From contig OZ024741.1 in NCBI GenBank assembly GCA_964016885.1, forward strand, positions 378,882,001-378,946,000: 64,000 bases of DNA, in the 5' to 3' direction. The notes beneath the pieces are model-generated. The model was not told the DNA's origin, did not search any database, and saw only the letters and a program-made list of their open reading frames with translations. Positions within the stretch are counted from its first letter, which is position 1. Each line of letters opens with the position of its first letter. Source of the stretch: Eledone cirrhosa. Its lineage: Eukaryota. The position numbers and the translations under genes are program-made. This document shows, piece after piece, positions 25,981 through 39,952 of this stretch.

Positions 25981-26813
25981 GTATATTTATTGATAATAAC
26001 AACAATTCAAAATATCAGTTCAAAATTGACCAATGAAAACACAAAGGGTAAAAAGCAGTTCGGTGTGTGTATATACATGTAAAATCCTTACACATATATT
26101 ACAATAATGTGTGTATAATTTGTATGCGCATACTAAAAAGATGGATGCAAACACAAAATTTCAAGGTTAATATCTCTGTAAGCTTAATGCGCTGATAAGA
26201 TGCACATTGATACTTATGGAGTCAAGCATATAAATATATTTTTTCATACTCACACATATCAGTATAATCACACATACATGCGCGTATATGCATAAATATA
26301 CACATAACCACGAACATACAAACACACACACTCCCCCACTCACATTTATATATGTGGATATAAAATCATAAGCACATAGAAATTAAGTCACTCACATAAA
26401 ACACTGGCACACACATTTCAAGATCAAGATACAGAAATTAGGTGGGAGGGGGGGGAGAGGGGTCAGTATTCAATTGTCTGAGCAGACTGCCTAATATAAA
26501 TGTATCTATAAATTAAGAAAAATAAAAAAATAAAAACAATAAAATATAATAAATATAATATAATGTACATACACATCCAGATATATATACACATACATAC
26601 ATGTACGCGCACATAGAGATATTTACGCATACACACATACACACATACATATACTGTCATACACACACATACACTTACACGAACATACACATACACATAT
26701 AAAAAGATATATATATACACACTCACACGCGCAACACATACCCACATACACATATATATAAAAAATAGATAATAAAGATATATATCCATACATATATATA
26801 TACACACACACAC

Positions 26814-26860
<47 letters not shown>

Positions 26861-26949
26861 TATACATATACATACACATACATCTAAATATACATACACA
26901 TACATACACACCTACATGTACATACATGTACATACATATACGCACATCG

Positions 26950-26999
<50 letters not shown>

Positions 27000-27320
27000 T
27001 CACATAGACATAAAGATACATACACACACAACTTACATACACACGTATATATATATATATATAGATGTACCTTCATACATAGAATTAGATATATAATCAT
27101 ACATACATATGCACCTACTTATACTCATATAAATAAATACATACGCTTCCATATATGTGTATATACAAAAAACAATACAACCTCACCAAACTCAGACATA
27201 CAAATGAAAATAATAATAATAAAAAGGCATATGTATATACATACACACACGCATTAATAGAGATATATATATATACACACATACATACACATATATATAT
27301 ACATACACACACACATACAT

Positions 27321-27383
<63 letters not shown>

Positions 27384-27387
27384 TAGA

Positions 27388-27426
<39 letters not shown>

Positions 27427-27516
27427 ATATATATCCACACACTCATACCACCATAAATACACATACAAACACCCACATGTATATATATATATATATCTAC
27501 ATACACACACGTATAC

Positions 27517-27551
<35 letters not shown>

Positions 27552-27866
27552 CACACACATAAAAAACAGACATGCACATATATATATATATATATATATA
27601 TTTCATTACTCTTATATATACACATATTATATATACATACACAACCTCACTTATACACATATACACATAAGTTATATTACAATAATAATAAAGAATAATA
27701 TACATATATATATATATACATATACATATATATACATATATATATATACATACATACATACACATACATACATACACATAAATATATACATACATAAATA
27801 CACACATACGAATAAAGACATATATTCACACATAGACACCTATATATATATATATATATATATATC

Positions 27867-27908
<42 letters not shown>

Positions 27909-28744
27909 CAAATACACACACACACACACACACAGACACACATACACACTCACATATATATATATATATATGTGTATGTGAGTGTGCGCACATACACATA
28001 CATACATACACACATACAAACACACACAAACACATACATATGCATACGTGCACACACACACACATATATCACATAGATACGAAGATAAACATATAAATAG
28101 AGAGACATACATATATATACACAACACATATACACATACATACATACACGCATATACATATACATACATATATACACATATATATATTTTCCTATATATA
28201 CAAGCATACACATACATACACATATATACACATATATACACATATACATACAACACATTCACATACACATACATATATAATACATATATATACATATATA
28301 TACATACATATGTATGTACAATCATATATACACACACAATCTTACATTCATATTTGCATGCTCATATATGTATTTTTATATTTAGATATAAATACCCAAA
28401 CCTATATAGACACCTACCTACATATATATTCATACATAGACGCTTACAAATACAGATGATAATAGTATGGGGGAAAGGGGGGGTTTGGAGAAGGGGATCA
28501 AAGTAAATATATGTTTCAAGAAACATATAATATTTTCCGTATCTTAATTCAATGTATGTTCTTACATATTTTCAGTGCTAGGAAATACGAAATCTATGCA
28601 TCTCAAAATAAATAAGTATACCATTAATCATATGTTAACTAAACCAAAGATAGTCAACATATTGATTTCTAAGGTGTAAATTAGTTAGGTTTATAATATT
28701 TGAAGCAGAATTTTGAAGTCAAACAGTAGTAGATTATTAATTAC

Positions 28745-31015
28745 AAGAATACTTACAAGAATCCACCACACAACTTTTTACTTGAAGACTTCGAGAAAGA
28801 CCTTTTTAATTTAATTAAACACCTCAAATTTAAAAAGTATAAATCCGTCTTTCAAAAGGACCTTGATTCTACCCTATTGGACCTAAAAAAGTCTAAAAAA
28901 ATCCATGTCCACTCGGACAAAACTGGTAACTTGTATCATATGGATATTGAACATTATAATGAGTTCATATATAAAGAACTCAGAAAAAATTATAAAAAAT
29001 CTAATAATGTGTCACTCACCAACATCAACAACAAAACACACAACATAGTAAAAAAACTAAACATTGAAGATAGAACTGAACCTTTGGCATTGAAAAGACC
29101 ACACTTCAACCTGAAAGATCACAAATCTAACTTTAACTCTAATCCTTCTATTAGACTTATATGTCCCTCCAAATCAGATATTGGAATAATTAGCAAAGAA
29201 ATTTTAGATAGAGTCATCCCACAAATAAGAAAATACGTTATTTTACCACTCTGGGAAAACACCTCCCAGGTAATTAATTGGTTTAAAAATATTAGGTGTA
29301 AATCTTCTGCTTCTTTCCTACAATTTGATATAGATAATTACTATTCTTCTATATCACCCATACTCCTGAACAAAGCATTAATATTTGCTAAAAATAGATC
29401 TAATTTAACTTCGGATGACATTAACATTATTACACATGCTAGACTAACACTTATTGAATTTCAGAATGAATACTGGACCAGAAACACATACAGTAATCTT
29501 TTTGATATTACTATGGGTTCAAGCGATTCCGCCCAAATTACTGATCTTGTGGGCCTCTTTCTCCTTTTCAACATAAATGCCTCTTTTCCCCACCTCAAAG
29601 GTGGTTTATATCGTGATGACTGTCTTCTTCTTTCTAACAACCTTAGCCTTTCAGAAATCGAAAAAAACAAAAAACATATTAGAACTTTCCTTAAAGACTA
29701 TTATAATCTTAATATTACTTTTGAAAAAACAAGTAAAGTAGTAAATTTCCTAGATATAACTTTAGATTTAGCTACGGGTATATACCAACCTTACCATAAA
29801 CCTAACCAAAACTTACATTACATACACTCACAATCTAATCACCCTAAATCTATCCTTAAAAACCTTGCATATAATATATCACTTAGAATTTCTAACCTTT
29901 CTTCTAACCAAGATGTATTTGATAAAAATGCGACCTTTTATAATGAAGCTCTAGATAGAAGTGGCCACAAAAATAGATTAGAGTATATACCTTCTACTAA
30001 AAATACTGAAAGCATACAGCATAATATTACCAACAAACACCAAATGAAAAGTACACACCTAAATGCCACCCACAATATACCCCAAAATACTAAATCTTCT
30101 AATATAAAGTATAGTAACCCTCAAAAAACTACTCATCATACAACTATAATAAATATTAATAATAAAACTCCTAATAAAAAAGATAAAACACCTAAATCTA
30201 CAAATATAACTAAAAATAGTTGTGGTGAGATCATTAACATTAATCCTCCTAGTAAAAATCATGATACAACCTATAAAAATAATAAAAATAATAAACAACT
30301 TAGAAACCGTAATAGACGAGTTACTTGGTATAATGCTCCTTTTAATTTACAAGTTAAGGATAATATTGCTAAAAAAATTTTTTATATCCTTGAGAAAAAC
30401 TTCCCGCCAAACCACAAATACCATCAAATCTTAAATAGGTCTACAGTTAAATTCTCATACTCTACAACAAATAACATAAAACAAAATATAAGTGCATATA
30501 ATGCATATAAATGTAAGAAAACCATAAGTATACCACCAGTACATCAAATTAACAATAATATCTCCTCAAATACAGAATTAACGAAAGGATGTAACTGTAG
30601 AAACAAAACAAACTGCCCATTAAAAGGGAATTGTCTTGTTAACAACATAGTCTATAAATGTAATGTTAAAACTAAAGATTCTATTTGCTCATATATAGGA
30701 GCTACCTCTAACAATTTTAAGACAAGGTTTAATACCCACAAACATAGTTTTAAAAATGCCGCACTGGCTAATACAACATCTCTAGCAGAAAAAATCAATA
30801 GTTATAAAAATAAGAATATAAAATATGATTTGACCTGGAGTGTGCTCAAAAGAGCCACCCCTTATCAAAATAATAGAAAGGAATGTAGATTATGTTCCCA
30901 AGAACTATTTGAAATAATGAAGTCTAAGGATATCTTATTAAATAAACGACAGGAATTAATTATATCGTGTAATCATAAACTAAAAAAAACATTTAAATAT
31001 TATAAACCTAATTAA
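28745..31015 (+). CDS. PLE reverse transcriptase + CxCx5Cx5C zinc finger + GIY-YIG endonuclease (5'-truncated, no start codon)
   Basis: Frame open from inversion junction (KNTYKNPPHNFLLEDFEKDL...SDKT); LKDHK, QFDIDNYY, MGSSDSAQITDLVG, GLYRDD, VNFLDITL, WYNAPF, CNCRNKTNCPLKGNC, YIGATSNNFKTRFNTH, CRLC, LLN..CNH; ~60 N-terminal residues missing versus the 52418 element. Confidence 0.92.
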   Translation, partial: KNTYKNPPHNFLLEDFEKDLFNLIKHLKFKKYKSVFQKDLDSTLLDLKKSKKIHVHSDKTGNLYHMDIEHYNEFIYKELRKNYKKSNNVSLTNINNKTHNIVKKLNIEDRTEPLALKRPHFNLKDHKSNFNSNPSIRLICPSKSDIGIISKEILDRVIPQIRKYVILPLWENTSQVINWFKNIRCKSSASFLQFDIDNYYSSISPILLNKALIFAKNRSNLTSDDINIITHARLTLIEFQNEYWTRNTYSNLFDITMGSSDSAQITDLVGLFLLFNINASFPHLKGGLYRDDCLLLSNNLSLSEIEKNKKHIRTFLKDYYNLNITFEKTSKVVNFLDITLDLATGIYQPYHKPNQNLHYIHSQSNHPKSILKNLAYNISLRISNLSSNQDVFDKNATFYNEALDRSGHKNRLEYIPSTKNTESIQHNITNKHQMKSTHLNATHNIPQNTKSSNIKYSNPQKTTHHTTIININNKTPNKKDKTPKSTNITKNSCGEIININPPSKNHDTTYKNNKNNKQLRNRNRRVTWYNAPFNLQVKDNIAKKIFYILEKNFPPNHKYHQILNRSTVKFSYSTTNNIKQNISAYNAYKCKKTISIPPVHQINNNISSNTELTKGCNCRNKTNCPLKGNCLVNNIVYKCNVKTKDSICSYIGATSNNFKTRFNTHKHSFKNAALANTTSLAEKINSYKNKNIKYDLTWSVLKRATPYQNNRKECRLCSQELFEIMKSKDILLNKRQELIISCNHKLKKTFKYYKPN

Positions 31016-31460
31016 TAACATTATTCTAGAAATTAATTTAATTTAAATGTTAGTTAACCTATAAATTTAATTTAATTAATATTTTATTACAGATGAGAAA
31101 ATAATATGTAATCATAAATTGTGAAAAACCTTTAAATATTACTAATATATACTTAGTAATTTAATTTATAGATTAATTTTAATTTATTTAAACCTTTTAT
31201 TATAATTCTTTTACAGATAAAATATAACAAAATAATATCATGTATCCAATGACGGAGAAAGAATTTTTAGTATTATAGACCTAATTAATATACATTTTGG
31301 AAATATATTTATTATTTGGTTTTAGTTTTAATCAACCTAAAACTTTAATTTTAATTTGCTTAAAATTAGTATCCTTATACAGACGAATTGCAGAATGTCA
31401 TGTAATCATAGAATGGGATGTGTTTTGGATATATACCTAGTTAATATATTCTGTGCAATT
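30961..31460 (+). repeat. Degenerate ~140-160 bp tandem copies of the ORF terminus in the 3' UTR
   Basis: tgtaatcata...aaatattata.acctaattaa variants at ~30968, 31107, 31241, 31401; a further stop-region copy at ~31950. Confidence 0.6.
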
Positions 31461-31553
31461 TTTTGAAAAAGATATGTATATGTATATGTATATGTATATG
31501 TGTGTGTTGTGTATGTGTATCTGTATGTATGTATATGTGTGTATATATGTATG

Positions 31554-31592
<39 letters not shown>

Positions 31593-32745
31593 ATATGTAT
31601 GTATATGTGTATGTGTATGTATATGTATATGTATGCGTATTAATTTTGATTTCTATTTGCATATAATTATATTATGCTATTGATGAAATACAATATCTGC
31701 TTTATGTATTGTGTACCTAATTAACATATACTAATTAATGTATACTATTGAAATGAATATATAATTTTTAATTTAGTTAACATATAATTTATATGCTACT
31801 ACCGATGTAATACTTTATTTTATTCTTATTTGGGTTTCTTTTCCCTATTACTAAATTCATCTCCTAATATTGATACCATAACGTTATTAACTTTTATTTA
31901 GTTATAATGTAATTAATAATCTACTACTGTTTGACTTCAAAATTCTGCTTCAAATATTATAAACCTAACTAATTTACACCTTAGAAATCAATATGTTGAC
32001 TATCTTTGGTTTAGTTAACATATGATTAATGGTATACTTATTTATTTTGAGATGCATAGATTTCGTATTTCCTAGCACTGAAAATATGTAAGAACATACA
32101 TTGAATTAAGATACGGAAAATATTATATGTTTCTTGAAACATATATTTACTTTGATCCCCTTCTCCAACCCCCCCCCTTTCCCCCATACTATTATCATCT
32201 GTATTTGTAAGCGTCTATTTATGAATATATATGTAGGTAGGTGTCTATATAGGTTTGGGTATTTATATCTAAATATAAAAATACATATATGAGCATGCAA
32301 ATATGAATGTAAGATTGTGTGTGTATATATGATTGTACATACATATGTATGTATATATATGTATATATATGTATTATATATGTATGTGTATGTGAATGTG
32401 TTGTATGTATATGTGTATATATGTGTATATATGTGTATGTATGTGTATGCTTGTATATATAGGAAAATATATATATGTGTATATATGTATGTATATGTAT
32501 ATGCGTGTATGTATGTATGTGTATATGTGTTGTGTATATATATGTATGTCTCTCTATTTATATGTTTATCTTCGTATCTATGTGATATATGTGTGTGTGT
32601 GTGCACGTATGCATATGTATGTGTTTGTGTGTGTTTGTATGTGTGTATGTATGTATGTGTATGTGCGCACACTCACATACACATATATATATATATATAT
32701 GTGAGTGTGTATGTGTGTCTGTGTGTGTGTGTGTGTGTGTATTTG

Positions 32746-32787
<42 letters not shown>

Positions 32788-33096
32788 GATATATATATAT
32801 ATATATATATATAGGTGTCTATGTGTGAATATATGTCTTTATTCGTATGTGTGTATTTATGTATGTATATATTTATGTGTATGTATGTATGTGTATGTAT
32901 GTATGTATATATATATATGTATATATATGTATATGTATATATATATATATGTATATTATTCTTTATTATTATTGTAATATAACTTATGTGTATATGTGTA
33001 TAAGTGAGGTTGTGTATGTATATATAATATGTGTATATATAAGAGTAATGAAATATATATATATATATATATATATGTGCATGTCTGTTTTTTATG

Positions 33097-33137
<41 letters not shown>

Positions 33138-33227
33138 GTATACGTGTGTGTATGTAGATATATATATACATATACATGTGGGTGTTTGTATGTGTATTTA
33201 TGGTGGTATGAGTGTGTGGATATATAT

Positions 33228-33266
<39 letters not shown>

Positions 33267-33270
33267 TCTA

Positions 33271-33327
<57 letters not shown>

Positions 33328-33648
33328 ATGTATGTGTGTGTGTATGTATATATATATGTGTATGTATGTGTGTATATATATATATCTCTATTAATGCGTG
33401 TGTGTATGTATATACATATGCCTTTTTATTATTATTATTTTTATTTGTATGTCTGAGTTTGGTGAGGTTGTATTGTTTTTTGTATATACACATATATGGA
33501 AGCGTATGTATTTATTTATATGAGTATAAGTAGGTGCATATGTATGTATGATTATATATCTAATTCTATGTATGAAGGTACATCTATATATATATATATA
33601 TACGTGTGTATGTAAGTTGTGTGTGTATGTATCTTTATGTCTATGTGA

Positions 33649-33692
<44 letters not shown>

Positions 33693-33781
33693 CGATGTGC
33701 GTATATGTATGTACATGTATGTACATGTAGGTGTGTATGTATGTGTATGTATATTTAGATGTATGTGTATGTATATGTATA

Positions 33782-33828
<47 letters not shown>

Positions 33829-34662
33829 GTGTGTGTGTGTATATATATATGTATGGATATATATCTTTATTATCTATTTTTTATATATATGTGTATGTGG
33901 GTATGTGTTGCGCGTGTGAGTGTGTATATATATATCTTTTTATATGTGTATGTGTATGTTCGTGTAAGTGTATGTGTGTGTATGACAGTATATGTATGTG
34001 TGTATGTGTGTATGCGTAAATATCTCTATGTGCGCGTACATGTATGTATGTGTATATATATCTGGATGTGTATGTACATTATATTATATTTATTATATTT
34101 TATTGTTTTTATTTTTTTATTTTTCTTAATTTATAGATACATTTATATTAGGCAGTCTGCTCAGACAATTGAATACTGACCCCTCTCCCCCCCCCTCCCA
34201 CCTAATTTCTGTATCTTGATCTTGAAATGTGTGTGCCAGTGTTTTATGTGAGTGACTTAATTTCTATGTGCTTATGATTTTATATCCACATATATAAATG
34301 TGAGTGGGGGAGTGTGTGTGTTTGTATGTTCGTGGTTATGTGTATATTTATGCATATACGCGCATGTATGTGTGATTATACTGATATGTGTGAGTATGAA
34401 CAAATATATTTATATGCTTGACTCCATAAGTATCAATGTGCATCTTATCAGCGCATTAAGCTTACAGAGATATTAACCTTGAAATTTTGTGTTTGCATCC
34501 ATCTTTTTAGTATGCGCATACAAATTATACACACATTATTGTAATATATGTGTAAGGATTTTACATGTATATACACACACCGAACTGCTTTTTACCCTTT
34601 GTGTTTTCATTGGTCAATTTTGAACTGATATTTTGAATTGTTGTTATTATCAATAAATATAC

Positions 34663-34817
34663 TTCATTATTTCTGAAGACGGCGTATATATGTGTTAGGT
34701 ATGTATATTTAATCTTGATAATTTGTATAATTTTGTATAATTTTGTACATAGATCTGTTGAATATGCATACCAATTATAACACATATATACCCTAGAAAC
34801 GATCGTTAAATAATGAA
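34663..34817 (+). ncRNA. Type I hammerhead with 116 nt stem II
   Basis: ttcattattt-CTGAAGA-cggcgtatatatgtgtta...taacacatatatacccta-GAAA-cgatcg-TT-aaataatgaa; 10 bp perfect stem I. Confidence 0.8.
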
Positions 34818-35013
34818 CTTTTTTTGTTTAATATAAGGAATTGTTTATTCATTATTTCTTTAATATTTTATCTTGACTCTGTATACCGTTTATCTTTCAC
34901 TGAAAGTGGATTTTCATTACATCTCTTCTTTCCATGATATCCGGAATACATTGAGTTCTTCATACGGATTGGACACTACCGTAAACTCTTGGTAGATTTA
35001 TCTACATATATAT

Positions 35014-35707
<694 letters not shown>

Positions 35708-37556
35708 GTATTCACATATCCAGTTTCATCCGGGATGATATCGACTTCCTGTCCCATCTTCCCAAAACCACGGAAACGAACTCACTTCTACTCAGTTTTG
35801 ATGTGGTAAGCCATTACACATGATTTAGGAATAAAGGCGGTTAAATACTGGGTGGAAAAACATACATAGGTGATTCCCATCAGATTCACAGCGCCATATA
35901 TATTAGACGCAGTTATACCTATTCTGGAAGACAACACTTTCTTCTTCAATGGAAGGAATTACATCCAAATTAGAGGCACAGCGATGGGAATGAAGGTTGA
36001 TCCCGTTTACGCGAACTCTGTAATGGGATACTTAGAACAACAACTCTACCAAGAAATAGAGGAACAATATAGTACTGACTTTAGAAAGTACATTGAACAA
36101 TCTTGGAAGAGATTCCTTGACGACTGCTTCATCATCTGGACATAATATCTAGGTACTCTGGATGAGTTCAATATCCCATCTCTCCAATTCACCCATCTCT
36201 CCAATTCACAAAACAGATGAATAGGACGAAATTACAATTCCTAGATATAATGATAATCAAAAACGACACCACCATTACCACGGATATATATTATAAACAC
36301 ACAGACACCCATCAATATCTGAATTTTAAGTCGTGCCATCCACCTCATACAAAACGCAACATCCCATACTGCCTAGCCAGAAGAATTTGTACCATTGTAG
36401 ACGATACGAATACCAGGTACAAACGCCTAACAGAACTAAGAGAATTTTAGCTCAAACAAAAATACCCATCTCTACTTATAGAAAATGGCATACAGCGGGC
36501 TATAAAAATACCTATACAACAACTTAGGACAACCCAAGTAAGAAGAAACCAAGAACTGTTTCTACCATTTATAATGACACACAACCCATGTCACCAGAAT
36601 ATCTTCAACACTGCCAAAGCAAACCTACCGATCATTGCTCAAAGTAATGAATTAAAAGGCTTAATCACAGATCGATCTTTGACTCTTAGTAAAAGACAGC
36701 CAAAAAATGTGAAGCAATTACTAACAAATGCAAAGTTTGACCTTAACAACAAAGACCAATCATTCACTGTATCTAAATGCAATGATAGTCGATGCGGCAC
36801 ATGTCAATCCATACACGCCGGTCAATATATGAAAACAAAAACTGGAAAAATATTCCCAAATGCAAATATGAACTGCAAAAGCAGAAATCTAATTTACTGC
36901 ATTAAATGCCCGAATTGTGAAGAACTATATGTCGGTCAAACTGGAAATGCACTATCGGAACGTGCACGGATACACCGTCAACAAATCAGAGACCCAAATG
37001 TCCGTCAGATACCCCTAAGTAACCATCTAGCAACATGTGGTCAGGGAATATTTATAATATTCCCATTCTACAAATGACACAGCCCAAGTGAAATCAAGAG
37101 AAAAATCAAAGAAAAGAATGTTATTGATAAATTCAAACCCAAGCTAAATGAACAATAAAAATGCTTAGGGGTATTACTTCTACTATCACTATGACTACGA
37201 CCACTAACAACAACAACAACAACAACAACAATAATAATAATTATAATAATAATAATAAAAGTGATGTTGATGGTGATGATTAATAGAAAATGCTATTTTC
37301 ATCATTTCTAAAAAAGCAAAACAATTGATGCTTTGGATACGATTAATTATTGGTCGTTAGACATGCTCAACCAGCCGTGACGCTTAAATCAATCAGCTTT
37401 AGTAATTCAGTGAAACTACACACTGATTGGTCGAAATACAGTTTGCAAGACTTAGGATTCTGGAGCCACTTTTCCCTGTGTAAAATGTATAAAAGGTAGA
37501 AAATTTACCCATTTATTACAGTTGAAAATTGCAAACTTGACTGTCACCACATATTA

Positions 37557-37595
37557 TGAACCTGAAGATTGCGAAAGCATGAAAGTACTTGTTCA
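37557..37595 (+). ncRNA. Minimal PLE-type hammerhead
   Basis: tgaac-CTGAAGA-ttgc(gaaa)gcat-GAAA-gtac-TT-gttca. Confidence 0.8.
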
Positions 37596-38194
37596 ATTAA
37601 CACTTAGAATTTAATATTCTATAATACTATTTCCTTATAATACCATTATAAATTTTAAAGGATTGTAAATAAAACGAGTAAATCAGACAAAGTTGGAATT
37701 CCTCTTATTAACATAATCTTCTATACACTATGATACACACCCGTGCATATTTATCTATCTATCTATATATATATATATATTAATCTAGCTGTCGTCTGTT
37801 CTACAGTGTGGATGTAATTCACTTCGCACAGAAGTTTTGTTCAAATTTATTGCGGAAATTTTGTGAGTTCAAATTTAATTTTGATACAATTGTGTAGCTT
37901 GACCCCCCCGTCTGAACTGTCAGGCGGTGGGTCAGCTCATCTTTACCCCTCCTAGAGGTGAAAAACCTGTTTTAAAAAATTTTGTCGCAAAAAAAATTTC
38001 AATCGTCTAACAGAAATGTTAAACGCAGCGAACGAAAATAGTGGTGGGGGGGACAGCGGTAAGAGTTGTAAGCTCGCACGCTTTAGTCCCCCCCCCCTTC
38101 CTTCCCAACTAACGTCATAGAGAAGGAAGGAAAAATAAAAATAAAAACAGACGAATATGCGGAGAAAAAAAATGACGAAAACACAAATCTGGAC

Positions 38195-39898
38195 ATGGAT
38201 TCCAACAACGAAAAAAAAAAATTTGAAAAATTTCATGACAATACTAATAACACAAACAAAGACACAACAAACACAAAAATAACATTTGAAAATAACACCA
38301 TAACAGAAAGCAAAGCAGACGACAAGATTTCATTTGCACAGACAACAAAGAAATCTTTGACTTATATACCGGAAAATATTTCAGATGTGGCACGAAGAAT
38401 CACAGACGACAAACAATACATAAGTGAAGGAGAGAATGGTATTTTATCGGTAAAAATGCCTCAAGAATTCACCAAAGACATTGAAAGCCGAACGGTCAAG
38501 TTCCGCACCATCAACAACAGTACAAAAAAACATGAACAGCCTTCTCAAGCAGATGTCAAAACAGTACTCACAGAAGTACTTAATGAAACCACTTTCATAA
38601 GAAAAGACAGACTGTATGGAAGCCTAGCAATTATCATGAAGAACGAATCGGCGGCAAAAAAATGTGCTTTGTCACCGATTCGTTCGAAAAATTTTACCTT
38701 TTATCCATCTTATAAGGGTAAAAGAACTCAACGCATATGGCTGGATGCAATGATGCCAGATGTGGACTACTGCTGGCTCATAGCTGGCTTCATCGATCCA
38801 GTGAATGACAACGTGATTTCCATTGGGAAAACCACAGGCAATGCGTTCAGTGGAACATGTATAGAGCTGGTAGTGCAAATGAAGCCTGAACGCATCGCCC
38901 AAATACCCGACAGAATCCTATTAGAGGGCCACGGGTATATAAACATTAGCGTGGAGGGGAGAAGGCCGTCCTGCCATATCTGTGTAGGCAGAGGGCACCT
39001 GAAGGCCGCTTGTTCCCAACTCAACAAAAAGAAAACCCTTCTACCAACACCAGCTCCACTACCACCACCACAACAGATAAACAAACAACAGAACTCAGTC
39101 CCACCCAACCCGTCCCTCAGTAAAACCACACCACCACCACAACACAAACAGTCACAACACATTACCCCAAAACAAAATGCTGGCCCACCCAACCTCTCAC
39201 TCAATAAAACAACATAACCACCGCAGACACAACACACAACACAGTTTAACATAGTGACATCCATCTCCCCCACAAAGAAAACCAACACGGAAACATTACC
39301 AGCAAACATACCTCTTCCCTCCAACACTGAAGATAACCCAACGAATTCGGAGGAAGAAACGGAGTCCTTCTGACAGATTAAAAGAAAAAAAAGAAAACAT
39401 GTGCAAAACACACAAGGCCAAACAACCCCCACCCAAATCTCAACACAATCCAACAAAACAGAAAACACCCCTCCAGCAACAAACAAAACCAAACCTGCCC
39501 CTCCCCTCTTCGAAACACTCACACCATCCGAAAAAAAGACATTACACTATACTTACATCAACAGAAACAATAATAAATTAAATGAACTCATATACAATAA
39601 TCCTTCGGTACAAACCGAAGGTGTAAACTTTGTTTCTTCAGAAAACTACCCACATTTAAAATTAATAAAGATCCCAATGAACCTCTACCAAAAACTAAAA
39701 AAGGATTTTAAGGAGGACGTAGGACAACCCTCTGTCAAACCCATAAACCGCGTCCTACTAAAAAGCTTTCCCCCTCCCCTTCCCCTCCCCAACACAACTC
39801 CAAACACCCCAACCCCACCACACACTGACGACCCCACACCACCACAAGACACCCCTTCACCCAACACCCCCGACCCCATGGAAGTCGTGCAACCCTAA
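38195..39898 (+). pseudogene. LINE ORF1 (gag-like, CCHC knuckle, Pro/Thr-rich tail) with two in-frame stops
   Basis: SFAQ motif, EGRRPSCHICVGRGHLKAAC; ORFs 38195 and 39401 share a frame, stops at 39215 and 39371. Confidence 0.75.
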
Positions 39899-39952
39899 CC
39901 CCGGGAAGCGGAAAGGTAGGTCTCTACACTCTCCTTTGGCTCTGCCGCCCAC

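Larger units (their letters stand above)
25772..35005 (+). mobile_element. Young Naiad-type PLE with ~2.97 kb inverted arms (25772-28745 = rc of 31908-34871)
   Basis: Uninterrupted frame between the arms; ~4 kb 3' UTR ending in HHR plus ~135 nt tail; left arm abuts long (TA)n. Confidence 0.93.
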
